Below the pieces are notes generated by a model. It was not told where the DNA came from, searched no databases, and saw nothing but the letters and a program-made list of their open reading frames with translations. Positions 1-9,974 of a stretch of DNA of 23,633 nt are shown here, piece by piece (within the stretch, counting starts at the first letter, position 1; each line of letters starts with the position of its first letter). Made by a program: the position numbers and the translations under genes. This DNA is from a bacterium (GTDB taxonomy: Bacteria; SZUA-182; DTGQ01; JAFGSM01), in assembly GCA_049472335.1 (NCBI GenBank), contig JBLIRO010000075.1, positions 1 to 23,633 of the forward strand. Direction: 5' to 3'.

Positions 1-134
1 AATACACCTTTTAAGAAGATAAGACCGATACCTAAGAAAATCAGGGAGAGTAGCTTTACCCTGGGATCAAGATTGTGAATATGTGAGTTACGATAAGTAT
101 ATCGGCCGAGATTGATATCTTTAAAAAAAACCAT
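1..134 (-). CDS. ecfT: Energy-coupling factor transporter transmembrane (T) component, N-terminal part, runs off the window
   Basis: Not in the ORF track. Manual translation from ATG at 134 gives MVFFKDINLGRYTYRNSHIHNLDPRVKLLSLIFLGIGLIFLKGV, matching the EcfT/CbiQ N-terminal pattern DIxLGxY...S.IH.LDPRxK followed by a hydrophobic helix. Starts 1 nt after the stop of the upstream gene. Confidence 0.8.
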   Translation of the reverse strand, partial: MVFFKDINLGRYTYRNSHIHNLDPRVKLLSLIFLGIGLIFLKGV

Positions 135-135
135 T

Positions 136-828
136 TCATTCCGCCGGAGTCAACCTTATATCGCCCCAGGCCGCAAGGTAGTCATCAACCAGAATAACTA
201 CTCCTTCTATGCATTCCTTTTCAGCGCACCATTCTAATATATGCTCTAAATCCAGATGGCTCCTGATCCGATTGCTTACAGCAGTTGCCCAAACATCAGC
301 TAAACACGCACTTTTTGCCAGTATGCTCACGGCATAGGCCCTGCCCATATTTATTGAATGGCCGAAAGTCCCTGAGGACGTGCATAATCCCTTTCCTTCT
401 ATTGATGATGGAACACAGATCCTTATCTTATTATCAAACGGGGAACCCGGGGCAGAAAGAGAAAACGATTCCTCCCGGGGAGACCTGTAATAAATGTCAC
501 CGCCGTTATTACAAAAGATTGATCTATGACTTAATGACATCCCCCTTCCAATATATTCAGCAATAGCCCCGGCAACGCCTGCCATAGGCCCGACATCGGC
601 TTCCTCAGAGCATCCTGACATCTCTCTTATTATGTCCGGAGCTGTTTCTGATACCTTTACGGGATGAAGGGCATGTAAAAAAACTCTATCACATGCTATG
701 TATCCCTCTATATCCTCATAGGCCCTTTTCAAAAACATCTCAGCCTGCTGACGGTCCGGTTTACCTTCTGTTTTCAACCAAATATCTGTCTGTTTAAAAA
801 CTAAATGTAATGAGAAAAGCTCATTCAA
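136..828 (-). CDS. UPF0280 / ApbE-like family protein
   Basis: Motifs VGPMAGVAGAIAE, NNGGDI, GLCTSSGTFGHS and ADVWATAVSN typical of UPF0280/ApbE-like proteins. TTG start is uncertain. Confidence 0.85.
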   Translation of the reverse strand: MNELFSLHLVFKQTDIWLKTEGKPDRQQAEMFLKRAYEDIEGYIACDRVFLHALHPVKVSETAPDIIREMSGCSEEADVGPMAGVAGAIAEYIGRGMSLSHRSIFCNNGGDIYYRSPREESFSLSAPGSPFDNKIRICVPSSIEGKGLCTSSGTFGHSINMGRAYAVSILAKSACLADVWATAVSNRIRSHLDLEHILEWCAEKECIEGVVILVDDYLAAWGDIRLTPAE

Positions 829-888
829 GACAATAAAAACCTCTTACTTTTTACGAACCCTTCAAATCTTATTTTATTTGTTAAAAAT

Positions 889-2109
889 TCAATCTACCTG
901 ACGTCTTAAAAAAGTCGGCACATCATAATTTTCGTCTTCATCTTCCCCTATTATAACACCAAAATCCTTTGAATTGACACCCGGCTCAAATACTTTAGGC
1001 CTCTTGTCGTGATCTGAATAGGGATATTTAGTTCTTTCCGTCATCAAAGGATTTCGCATACTTGTGGGCTCCTGTCTTCTTGGACCTACTCCTCTCGGGT
1101 AATCTACCACCTTTTTGGATCTTTGCTGCATTAACTCATGATCAGCGCCGGTGGCAATAACCATGACCCTCAATTCTTCTTTGATTTCAGTATCTTCGAC
1201 CATACCGAATATGATGATCGCATCTTCGTGAACAGACTCATGTATAGCGGTTGCCGCTTCATCTATCTCCTTAAGGGTTACATCATTCCCACCTGTTATA
1301 TTCAGAAGGACCCCTGTTGCACCTTCAAGGGAAGTGTCTTCCATGAGGGGATTTGAAATGGCCATTCTCACTGCATTGATGGCCCTGTTATCACCTTTGG
1401 CTACACCTGTGCCCATCAATGCCGTACCTTTCCTGGACATAATAGTTTTTACATCCGCAAAGTCCAGGTTAATCTTTCCCTGATTGGTTATCAGATCAGA
1501 GATGCCCCTTACGGATTGACAGAGAACCTGATCCGCCATTTTGAATGCCTCGTCAAAACGGAGCTGCTCATTAACCATTGTCATAAGCCTTTGATTGGGT
1601 ATGGTTACTATGGAGTCAACCGCTGAGCATAATTCTATAATTCCCGCCTCGGCATGGTCCATTCTCTTTTTTCCCTCAAACATAAAAGGCTTTGTAACAA
1701 AAGCAACAACCAAGGCTCCGGCTTCTTTAGCAGCCTGGGCAACTATCGGAGATGCGCCGGTACCTGTTCCTCCGCCCATTCCCGCAGTGATGAATATCAT
1801 ATCCGCGCCTTCCACAACCTCAGAGATTCGGGAAAGGTCTTCCAGGGCGGCCTGTCTTCCTATTTCAGGAACGGCCCCTGCTCCGAGCCCCTTTGTTAAT
1901 TTTGTGCCGACCTGGATCTTTACGGGTGCGGGTGATCTTTTCAGGTCCTGGGCATCGGTATTGATAACAACAAAATTTACCTTTTGTACCTTTTCAGCGA
2001 TCATCCGGTTCACAGCATTACCGCCACCGCCTCCCACACCAATGACTTTAATGTTTGCGCCTGATTCAATTGCTTCTTCCAAATCGAACAACATCTTCTT
2101 CTGTGGCAT
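889..2109 (-). CDS. ftsZ: Cell division GTPase FtsZ
   Basis: IKVIGVGGGGGNAVNRM, tubulin signature GMGGGTGTG, NLDFADV, C-terminal peptide DVPTFLR. Start moved to the ATG at 2109 (MPQKK), which follows an AAAGGGGG SD-like tract; the ORF track starts at TTG 2127. Confidence 0.98.
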   Translation of the reverse strand: MPQKKMLFDLEEAIESGANIKVIGVGGGGGNAVNRMIAEKVQKVNFVVINTDAQDLKRSPAPVKIQVGTKLTKGLGAGAVPEIGRQAALEDLSRISEVVEGADMIFITAGMGGGTGTGASPIVAQAAKEAGALVVAFVTKPFMFEGKKRMDHAEAGIIELCSAVDSIVTIPNQRLMTMVNEQLRFDEAFKMADQVLCQSVRGISDLITNQGKINLDFADVKTIMSRKGTALMGTGVAKGDNRAINAVRMAISNPLMEDTSLEGATGVLLNITGGNDVTLKEIDEAATAIHESVHEDAIIIFGMVEDTEIKEELRVMVIATGADHELMQQRSKKVVDYPRGVGPRRQEPTSMRNPLMTERTKYPYSDHDKRPKVFEPGVNSKDFGVIIGEDEDENYDVPTFLRRQVD

Positions 2110-2275
2110 ATATTGCCCCCCTTTCAACCAAATTTAATTTTAATAATAAATAGTAACCAGCTACAATCATTTAAACATTTTATCTAATACTGCGTTTACT
2201 CATTTGTTATTCTTTATTAACCAACCTTGTTTAATCTTGTATCCTTAATGCCTTGTTCTGCATTAAAGCAATCGT

Positions 2276-3514
2276 TTAATGAACGAAAAAATCACTCATC
2301 ATGTTTTTCATCTTATTAACTATTCCATAGAAAACTCCTCCATCCTGAGATTTTCTATAAGTATCTATGTTTTGGGCACCATAAAGGACCAGTCCAACAC
2401 CTGTGGAATGAATAGGAGTTTTTACGATATCCCGTAATCCTTCAATACAATTGGGATAGCCAATCCTAACCGGAAGATCGAAGATCTGTTCCGCTATCTC
2501 CACCATACCTTCCATTAATGATGCCCCGCCCGTTAAAACCACTCCGGCTGAAATAAGATCTTCGTAGCCGCTGGAATGGATCTCCCTTGCAATCAAATCA
2601 AAAACCTCCTCTGCCCTGGGCTGGATAATTTCGGATAAGACCTGCCTTGAAATAATCCTTGGTTTCCGTCCGCCAACACTCGGGACCTCGATTACTTCAT
2701 TTTCGTCAACCAGGGAGGTCATTGCGCAGCCATATTCTATTTTTATCTTCTCTGCTTCGGATTTCGGGGTCCTCAATCCAACAGCTATATCCCTGGTGAA
2801 ATTATCTCCCGCCAGGGAAAGCACACTAGTATGCCTGATGCTTCCATCAACAAATATGGCAATATCCGTTGTCCCCCCTCCAATATCCACTACCGCTATT
2901 CCAAGATCCTTCTCCTCCTGAGATATGGTTGCCTGGCTCGATCCCAATTGTTCAAGTATTATGTCTTTCACCTCTATTCCCGCCCTGTTTACACATCTGA
3001 CAATATTCTGCGCGGAGCTTATGGCGCCTGTCACGATATGAACACAGACCTCTAATCTGACTCCCTGCATTCCCAGCGGTTTCTTGATTCCTTCCTGATC
3101 ATCTATCAGGTATTCCTGAGGCAAAACATGAATCACTTCATGACTCATTGGCAATGCAACAGCCTTTGCGGCATCGATGGCTCTATCTATATCCTCCGGC
3201 ATGATCTCTCTATTTTTTCCGGAAATGGCTATTACACCTTTACTATTTATACCCCTTATATGTCCTCCGGCTATGCCGACATAGGCATCATTAATCTCCT
3301 GACCGGACATCAGCTCTGCATCTCTAACTGCGCTTTTGATAGATTCAACAGTGCTGTCGATATCAACGACGGTCCCTTTTCGTAGCCCCCTTGAAGGTGC
3401 CACACCTATACCGATTATCTCTACGGACGAAGTTGAAGAGCACTCGGCTACAATTGCGGCAATCTTTGTGGTGCCAATGTCCAAACCCACGATAATATTA
3501 TCTTTTTTTATCAT
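2276..3514 (-). CDS. ftsA: Cell division protein FtsA
   Basis: VGLDIGTTKI, VVDIGGGTTD and VVLTGGAS actin-like ATPase motifs; lies between ftsQ and ftsZ. Confidence 0.98.
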   Translation of the reverse strand: MIKKDNIIVGLDIGTTKIAAIVAECSSTSSVEIIGIGVAPSRGLRKGTVVDIDSTVESIKSAVRDAELMSGQEINDAYVGIAGGHIRGINSKGVIAISGKNREIMPEDIDRAIDAAKAVALPMSHEVIHVLPQEYLIDDQEGIKKPLGMQGVRLEVCVHIVTGAISSAQNIVRCVNRAGIEVKDIILEQLGSSQATISQEEKDLGIAVVDIGGGTTDIAIFVDGSIRHTSVLSLAGDNFTRDIAVGLRTPKSEAEKIKIEYGCAMTSLVDENEVIEVPSVGGRKPRIISRQVLSEIIQPRAEEVFDLIAREIHSSGYEDLISAGVVLTGGASLMEGMVEIAEQIFDLPVRIGYPNCIEGLRDIVKTPIHSTGVGLVLYGAQNIDTYRKSQDGGVFYGIVNKMKNMMSDFFVH

Positions 3515-3652
3515 ATTATCTACTCCCCCTTTTATTAAAAATTTTCAGCTTCTCTCGTTTTACTCTAAGTCCATTAAATTCAGTCTGATAAAACGGCCCC
3601 TAATCAACACGTCTCTTGTAAAGATTTTTTCACTTTAAATATTTTAAGTATC

Positions 3653-4453
3653 TTATCCAAAAATTATCTTGTCATTGAACCTCAAGTCACAATATCCCAT
3701 GGATTGCCATTGAGCCGGAACTTTTTCTATCAATGCCCTGAGAAGAGGGAACTTAATACGACTATTGGTCATACTAATCAATACCTTTCTTCCGTTCGTC
3801 AGAAGAACAATCACCCGATCTTCGGATAAAATACAGATCTTAACCACTTCGTTCATCATTTCGGGAATCATCCCCTTGATATCTTCCACAATGCTAAGTC
3901 CATTTGACCAGTAAGGGAAAGGGCATCTTTGACCTGCCCGGAACCCGGCCTCTTTGCAGCATGATAAAACCGGCAAGTTGATATATGTGTCCTTTGTATT
4001 AATTTCCTCTAATAAGAAGCCAAACTCGTCCATTAAAAAATGTTTTTCTCCGTCCTCCCATATGGCAACGGGCAAATTCTCTTCCACCTCAATGGTTACC
4101 CTGCTGGGAAAATTCCTTTCCAGGACGAGGGACTTTATCCATGGTTGGGCCTCAGCGATGCTTGAAGCACAGTTAAGGTCGAAATTCAACATGTTCAGGC
4201 CCTCTTTGATCCCGGTCCACATTTTTATCTGCTCAGGTGTAATCCTTTTGATCCCCTTTATTTCTATCTCTTTGATCCTTAAATAGCCCCATCTTGCCCC
4301 TAAAATAAATAGATGTCTGCACAGAGGGATCAAGACCAAAGAAGCAAGAATTACAAGACAGGGCAAGAATTTCGAAGGCCTTATGTTCTTTTTGCTCTTT
4401 TTTTTCTTTATCTTTTGCTTGTCTTTACCCACTAATTTAGGATTGGTTAACAT
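3653..4453 (-). CDS. ftsQ: Cell division protein FtsQ/DivIB
   Basis: Basic N-terminus, one TM helix, POTRA-like region (PWIKS...R.FPSRV.IEVEE..PVA), C-terminal DLRF; position between ddl and ftsA. Confidence 0.9.
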   Translation of the reverse strand: MLTNPKLVGKDKQKIKKKKSKKNIRPSKFLPCLVILASLVLIPLCRHLFILGARWGYLRIKEIEIKGIKRITPEQIKMWTGIKEGLNMLNFDLNCASSIAEAQPWIKSLVLERNFPSRVTIEVEENLPVAIWEDGEKHFLMDEFGFLLEEINTKDTYINLPVLSCCKEAGFRAGQRCPFPYWSNGLSIVEDIKGMIPEMMNEVVKICILSEDRVIVLLTNGRKVLISMTNSRIKFPLLRALIEKVPAQWQSMGYCDLRFNDKIIFG

Positions 4454-4464
4454 ATCAGCGTTCC

Positions 4465-5466
4465 TCAGTTTGAAAAAGGTGCTTTGTTCACCAACTTATT
4501 ATTATGTGGCATTTCCGATCCATGTCTTGACAATGCCATAAACAGGATTCTTTCTACCAGGTCCGGGAAACTGATACCATCCACCTCGGCTGCCTTAGGT
4601 AAAAGACTTGTGTCTGTCATTCCAGGGATGGTATTTATCTCTAAACAGAAAGGGATACCATCCTCATTGATACGGAAATCCACACGTGAAAAATCACGAC
4701 ATCCTAATGCGCTATGGGCTGCAAGGCCCAGCCTTTGAATGCTCCTGCTCAGGTCCTGTTCTAACTGAGCGGGACATACATATTTTGTAATCCCATGGGT
4801 ATATTTTGCCTTAAAATCATAAAATCCGGATTGAGGAATTATCTCTAAAACAGGGAAGACTTTTGTCCCAAGGATACCTACCGTCAGCTCTCGGCCAGGG
4901 ATAAACTCCTCGATCATTACCTTTCTGTCATATTTGAAGGAATCAGATATGGCTTCCTTAAGATCCGATTTTTTCTTGACAATATGTATGCCTATAGTCG
5001 ATCCCTGTGAGGCTGGTTTTACAACAACAGGATATCCCAATGGACTATCACCCTTTAATTCATCACTATTCTTTAAAACCATAAAAGGGGGTGTTAAAAT
5101 TCCCGCGCTTTGAAGGATGATCTTGGTAAATATCTTATCTATGGCTAATGAACTGGCTAAAACCCCTGATCCTGTATATGGAATACCCATAATCTCCAGC
5201 ATGCCCTGTATTGTCCCATCCTCACCGAAACGGCCATGAAGGGCCAGAAAGGCCGCGTCTATTCTTTCATCCCTGATCTTTTCCCAGACATTTTCATCTA
5301 CATCAATCTCTGAAACCTGCCAGCATTTTGTTTTTAAAGCGGATGCCACAGCCTTCCCTGTCTTCAGGGAGACCTCTCTTTCATAGGAACACCCCCCCAT
5401 AAGAACGCCTATCCTTTTTGACCTTTCCAGGTTCATGTTATCCTTTTTTTCATTCTTCATCTTCAT
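4465..5466 (-). CDS. ddl: D-alanine--D-alanine ligase
   Basis: GG.S.EREVSL, LHGRFGEDG, YDFKAKY omega loop, EINTIPGMT. True start may be a few codons downstream. Confidence 0.96.
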   Translation of the reverse strand: MKMKNEKKDNMNLERSKRIGVLMGGCSYEREVSLKTGKAVASALKTKCWQVSEIDVDENVWEKIRDERIDAAFLALHGRFGEDGTIQGMLEIMGIPYTGSGVLASSLAIDKIFTKIILQSAGILTPPFMVLKNSDELKGDSPLGYPVVVKPASQGSTIGIHIVKKKSDLKEAISDSFKYDRKVMIEEFIPGRELTVGILGTKVFPVLEIIPQSGFYDFKAKYTHGITKYVCPAQLEQDLSRSIQRLGLAAHSALGCRDFSRVDFRINEDGIPFCLEINTIPGMTDTSLLPKAAEVDGISFPDLVERILFMALSRHGSEMPHNNKLVNKAPFSN

Positions 5467-6364
5467 TCACCCAAATTTTGACTTCCGGCCTTAATTCGAC
5501 CCCGAACTCCTTAAATACCCTTTTCCGGACAATATCCATTAGACGAATAAAATCATCAAATATTCCCTCTCCGAGATTTATGAAAAAATTGGCATGTTTC
5601 TTCGATATCTCAATCTGTCCTATTCGATATCCCTTCAATCCCGCTTCGTCTATAAGTTTCCCAGCCGACATACCTTCAGGATTCCTGAATACACATCCTG
5701 CGCTTCTTTCCCTGTAAGGCTGCCTTGACCATCTCTTTTGAAGTGTTTTCTTTATAGATGACTTCACGTTAACTCCCGGATTGAGTTTCAACCTGGCTCC
5801 GAGCAAGATCTTTCCATTACTTATTGCACTTTCACGATATGAGAATCCCATCTTCTCTACGTTCCATGTTTCTATCTCTCCTCCTCTTAAGATATCCGCA
5901 TCCTCGATCAGATCTCCAAGGCTTCCCAGCCTCGTTCCCGCATTCATGGTTGCTGCCCCCCCCAGGGTCCCCGGAATGCCGGCGAGCACCTCTGTCCCTT
6001 CTAAATTATATGCTATGGCCTCTTTAAGCAGGAAAGAGAGCGGACATCCCCCGCCCATTATGATCCTGTCTTTATTCCTCTTGATTTCCCTGAATTTACC
6101 GCCCAAATGGATTATAATTCCTTTGAGAAGGCCGTTCTGAATAACAAGATTGGTTCCCTTGCCTAAGATCCTCGCCTTCATCCCATATGAATCAGCCAGC
6201 ATCATTATCTTTTGTAATTCATCTAAATCGTGAACAATGGCGAAAAATTCAGCTTGACCACCTATTTTCAAGGATGTCATAGGGGCCAGGGGATAATTCA
6301 TGTAAATCCTCTCATTTAAGATCTCTTTCATACTTTTAATAGATCCACGGGTCGCTGTCGTCAT
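5450..6364 (-). CDS. murB: UDP-N-acetylenolpyruvoylglucosamine reductase
   Basis: GKGTNL, GIPGTLGGA..MNAG, SAGCVFRNP, HANFFIN, L.PEVKI. Confidence 0.96.
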   Translation of the reverse strand: MTTATRGSIKSMKEILNERIYMNYPLAPMTSLKIGGQAEFFAIVHDLDELQKIMMLADSYGMKARILGKGTNLVIQNGLLKGIIIHLGGKFREIKRNKDRIIMGGGCPLSFLLKEAIAYNLEGTEVLAGIPGTLGGAATMNAGTRLGSLGDLIEDADILRGGEIETWNVEKMGFSYRESAISNGKILLGARLKLNPGVNVKSSIKKTLQKRWSRQPYRERSAGCVFRNPEGMSAGKLIDEAGLKGYRIGQIEISKKHANFFINLGEGIFDDFIRLMDIVRKRVFKEFGVELRPEVKIWVNEDEE

Positions 6365-7767
6365 TTCCTTCCCCTGTCGAACCTTATCGAAGAATGATCC
6401 TTATTGATCATTTTTTCCAATTCTTCCCCTGCCTTCCATACATCCCCTGCCCCCAGGGTCAAAACCATATCACCGGGCTTTATAATCTCGGTCAAAAAGC
6501 CCGGGACTTCCTGCAAATCGGGAATGTAATGCACATATTTATGTCCATGCTCTTTTAGACTATCAACAATCAATTCAGCGCATATTCCCGGGATAGGGGA
6601 TTCCCCTGCCGGATAAATATCAGTGACAATAACCAGATCAGCATTGTAGAAAGATGTAGCAAACTCTTCCAACAGAAACTTCGTACGTGTATACCGATGC
6701 GGCTGGAAAACACATATCAATCTTTTCCCCCAGCCTTTTTTTGCTGCCCTCAACGTAGCCCTTATCTCTGTTGGATGATGGCCATAGTCATCCACTATTA
6801 TGAAATCTCCGATATCAGCCTTTACCTGAAACCTCCGGTCTGCTCCCTTAAATGTCTCCAATGCTTTTTGTATCACGATAAATGGGATTTCAAGGTCAAG
6901 GGCCACCCCAATCGAGGCAAGCGTATTGTATATATTGTGTATCCCCGGGAGTTTGAGATCAATCAGCCCTAATTTGTTGTCATGGTAAAAGACCTCAAAT
7001 TTTGAATGGAGACCTTTGATTTGGATATTTTCGGCCCTAAGGTCGCACTGACTGCTCAAACCATAGGTAAGAATCCTCTTGGTGACATTTGGAAGCAATT
7101 CCTGAATGATATGGTTATCCAGACACATACATATAAGGCCATAAAATGAAACCTTATTCATGAACTGAAGAAAGGATTCCTTTATGTGCTCAAGATCTCT
7201 ATAAAAGTCGAGGTGTTCCTGGTCAATATTGGTAACTACTGCTATGGTTGGAGAAAGCTTAAGAAAGGAGCCGTCACTCTCATCCGCCTCCGCAACCATA
7301 TATTCCCCCTGTCCAAGTTTTGCCGTGCTCCCTATGCTATCGAGCCTTCCGCCGATTACTATGGTCGGGTCAAGGCCGCCCCGGGCCAAAATAGACGCTA
7401 TTATCGATGTCGTTGTTGTCTTGCCATGGCTTCCTGCAACTGCAATCCCGTATTTCATCCTCATTAGTTCCGCCAGCATCTCCGCCCTTGGGATTACCGG
7501 TATCATAGCAGCCCTGGCTGCTTTAAGCTCGGGATTATCAGTAGGTACGGCAGAGGAATAGACTACTACCTGTGCGTCGGAGATATTTTCTTCCCTGTGC
7601 CCTATGTGGATCCTCAGGCCATGATCCAAAAGGCATCTTATTGTTCGGCTCTCAGCAAGGTCGCTCCCGGTTACTTTATAACCCAGATTGTTTAAAACCT
7701 CTGCGATGCCGCACATTCCTATGCCGCCGATTCCTACCATATGGATTCTTTTTAATTTAGGATGCAT
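6361..7767 (-). CDS. murC: UDP-N-acetylmuramate--L-alanine ligase
   Basis: IHMVGIGGIGM, GSHGKTTT, EADESDGSF, DDYGHHPTE, FQPHRYTRT. Confidence 0.98.
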   Translation of the reverse strand: MHPKLKRIHMVGIGGIGMCGIAEVLNNLGYKVTGSDLAESRTIRCLLDHGLRIHIGHREENISDAQVVVYSSAVPTDNPELKAARAAMIPVIPRAEMLAELMRMKYGIAVAGSHGKTTTTSIIASILARGGLDPTIVIGGRLDSIGSTAKLGQGEYMVAEADESDGSFLKLSPTIAVVTNIDQEHLDFYRDLEHIKESFLQFMNKVSFYGLICMCLDNHIIQELLPNVTKRILTYGLSSQCDLRAENIQIKGLHSKFEVFYHDNKLGLIDLKLPGIHNIYNTLASIGVALDLEIPFIVIQKALETFKGADRRFQVKADIGDFIIVDDYGHHPTEIRATLRAAKKGWGKRLICVFQPHRYTRTKFLLEEFATSFYNADLVIVTDIYPAGESPIPGICAELIVDSLKEHGHKYVHYIPDLQEVPGFLTEIIKPGDMVLTLGAGDVWKAGEELEKMINKDHSSIRFDRGRK

Positions 7768-8896
7768 ATTTCTTTATATTCCTCTCTTGATGCCATGATA
7801 AAGCCTGATCACAAATTGCCTTTGCCGCATTCAGCCTTCCGAGCTCCCGATTCACCTGTGCCATCCTTTTGAGTGAATCAGGATTTCTGATCAACTTCAT
7901 GATCTCACTTGACAGAAGGCTTCCTGTCAGACGAGATTCAAGGATCATCCTTGCTCCTCCCGACCTCACTAATTCCAGAGCATTAAGCTTTTGATGGTCT
8001 GCTTTTGCATTAGGATAAGGGATAAGAATCGCCGGCTTTCCGGTTGCGGCAAGCTCTGATATAGTGCCCGCACCAGCTCTCGAAATAACAAGATCCGACA
8101 AGAGATACAAATCTATCATCTGATTAAAAAAGGGGCTTGTGAGTGAAATTATCTCCTCGGCTTCATAAAAGCCGGCAACATAGTCAAAATCATCTTCGCC
8201 TGTTTGATGAATGACCTGAAAAGGAAAATCCATGGACTTTATTATCTTGAACGTTTCCACAGCTTTAATATTTATAGAATGCGCCCCCCGGCTCCCCCCA
8301 AAGACAAGAAAAGTGAAAGAATCGGGTTTCAAACCCAATTTTACCCTCATTTCCTCTTTATCTAAATTGGAGGGGATAACCCTCAAGGGATTTCCCAACA
8401 TTTTGAGCTTATTGTTGGAGAAAAATCTCTCCGTTTGAGGAAAGGAGGTAAAGATCCCGTCAACCCATTTACTCAAAAACTGATTTGCTTTTCCGGGCAG
8501 AAGATTCTGCTCGTGTATAAAGGTTGTGACACCCTTGATCCTTCCAAGACTTACTATTGGAAATGCAACATAGGCACCCATACCTATTATGATATCCGGG
8601 GCGTATGAGGTAATAATCTGCCAGGCCCGAATGAATGAGAGGCCAAACCTGTATAGATTCGAAACAGTCTTTAGCGATAATCCCCTGCTCATTCCCCTTA
8701 CTGGTAAGGTTTTATAAGGGATAAGCTCTCTTTCTACAATCTGTTTATCCGAAGACTTTGAGGTAATCACCATCAGGCACTCCGTATTCTCTCTTTTCAT
8801 CATTTCTTTTGCCAAAGCCACTCCCGGAAATATATGGCCTCCTGTTCCCCCGCCGGCAAGAAGCACTTTTATCCTTTTATGTGTATTGAGAGACAT
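7757..8896 (-). CDS. murG: Lipid II GlcNAc transferase MurG
   Basis: GGGTGGHIFP, HEQN..PG.AN, GNPLR, GGSRGA, SRAGAGT, HQ..NA. Confidence 0.97.
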   Translation of the reverse strand: MSLNTHKRIKVLLAGGGTGGHIFPGVALAKEMMKRENTECLMVITSKSSDKQIVERELIPYKTLPVRGMSRGLSLKTVSNLYRFGLSFIRAWQIITSYAPDIIIGMGAYVAFPIVSLGRIKGVTTFIHEQNLLPGKANQFLSKWVDGIFTSFPQTERFFSNNKLKMLGNPLRVIPSNLDKEEMRVKLGLKPDSFTFLVFGGSRGAHSINIKAVETFKIIKSMDFPFQVIHQTGEDDFDYVAGFYEAEEIISLTSPFFNQMIDLYLLSDLVISRAGAGTISELAATGKPAILIPYPNAKADHQKLNALELVRSGGARMILESRLTGSLLSSEIMKLIRNPDSLKRMAQVNRELGRLNAAKAICDQALSWHQERNIKKYAS

Positions 8897-9974
8897 TTAA
8901 TAGTATCCCAATACAAAGGGCATTAAACACTAAAGAAGTTCCCCCGTAACTGATAAAGGGAAGTGTAATCCCTTTTGTAGGGAGAAGGCCTGTCACGACC
9001 CCCATGTTAATAAACCCTTGATAGACAATCATACAAGTTATCCCCGTGGCCAGATAAAAGCCAAAAGTATCTTTACAATTGATAGCGATCCTTAAACCAC
9101 GCCACGCAATAAGAAAAAACAGGCACACAATCAAACAGGTCCCTAAGAGACCAACCTCTTTTCCGATAATCGCAAAGATAAAGTCCGTAAAAGGCTCAGG
9201 GATAGTAATACCATTTTGTACCGCATTCCCGATTCCAATTCCCATTTTACCACCGCTCCCGATGGCAACCATTGAACGTATCAGTTGATAACCATTCCCC
9301 CTTGGATCCTCCCATGGATTCAAATGAGTAAAGATCCTTTTTAATCTGTAAGGAGTTATCAAAACCAGGATAATCAAGCAAAACATAAAAATAGTTAAGG
9401 GTATTATTAGATAGCGCAGCCGAAGCCCGGACACAAATAGCATGGTAAACCCGACCATAACTATCAGGGCGCCTGTACCAAGATCTGGTTGAGCTACTAT
9501 AAGGGCAAAAAAGATTCCTAATATAAATAAAAGGGGGGATGAGATGGAATTTAATTCTTCCAACCTATTCTTTTTTTTGGCCAAAAACGAGGCCATGAAT
9601 AGGATAACCGCAATTTTAGCCAACTCAGATGGTTGGAAGCTTAAAAAAGGGGTAATTTTGATCCATCTCCTGGCACCCCCCCACTTAACGCCCAAACGAG
9701 GGAAAAAGACCAAAAACAGTAAAAATATACTAAAAACAAGAATTATTGGAGACCATTTTTTCCAGAAAAAATATGGGCTTTTCATAGCTGCAAAAAGCAA
9801 ACAGAAGGCTACGAACATATGCAAAAGGTGCATCTTTAAAAAGTGGTAAGGGCTCTGTCCATATTTATTCACAGCAAGCATGGCGCTCGCATTATAAATC
9901 ATTACCACCCCGATCCCCATCATAATCAAAGCCGTAACAAATAGTAACTGATCAAAACCCCTTTTTCTAGGCAT
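8877..9974 (-). CDS. ftsW: SEDS peptidoglycan polymerase FtsW
   Basis: Polytopic membrane protein with GARRWI, FQPSELAK, QPDLG, TDFIF and PTKGITLPFISYGG; between murD and murG. Confidence 0.96.
   Translation of the reverse strand: MPRKRGFDQLLFVTALIMMGIGVVMIYNASAMLAVNKYGQSPYHFLKMHLLHMFVAFCLLFAAMKSPYFFWKKWSPIILVFSIFLLFLVFFPRLGVKWGGARRWIKITPFLSFQPSELAKIAVILFMASFLAKKKNRLEELNSISSPLLFILGIFFALIVAQPDLGTGALIVMVGFTMLFVSGLRLRYLIIPLTIFMFCLIILVLITPYRLKRIFTHLNPWEDPRGNGYQLIRSMVAIGSGGKMGIGIGNAVQNGITIPEPFTDFIFAIIGKEVGLLGTCLIVCLFFLIAWRGLRIAINCKDTFGFYLATGITCMIVYQGFINMGVVTGLLPTKGITLPFISYGGTSLVFNALCIGILLNVSQYT

Noticed and set aside
2245..2266. TTAATGC/GCATTAA inverted repeat after ftsA as a terminator
   Set aside because: AT-rich 7-bp stem without a U tract on the coding strand; too weak to call.
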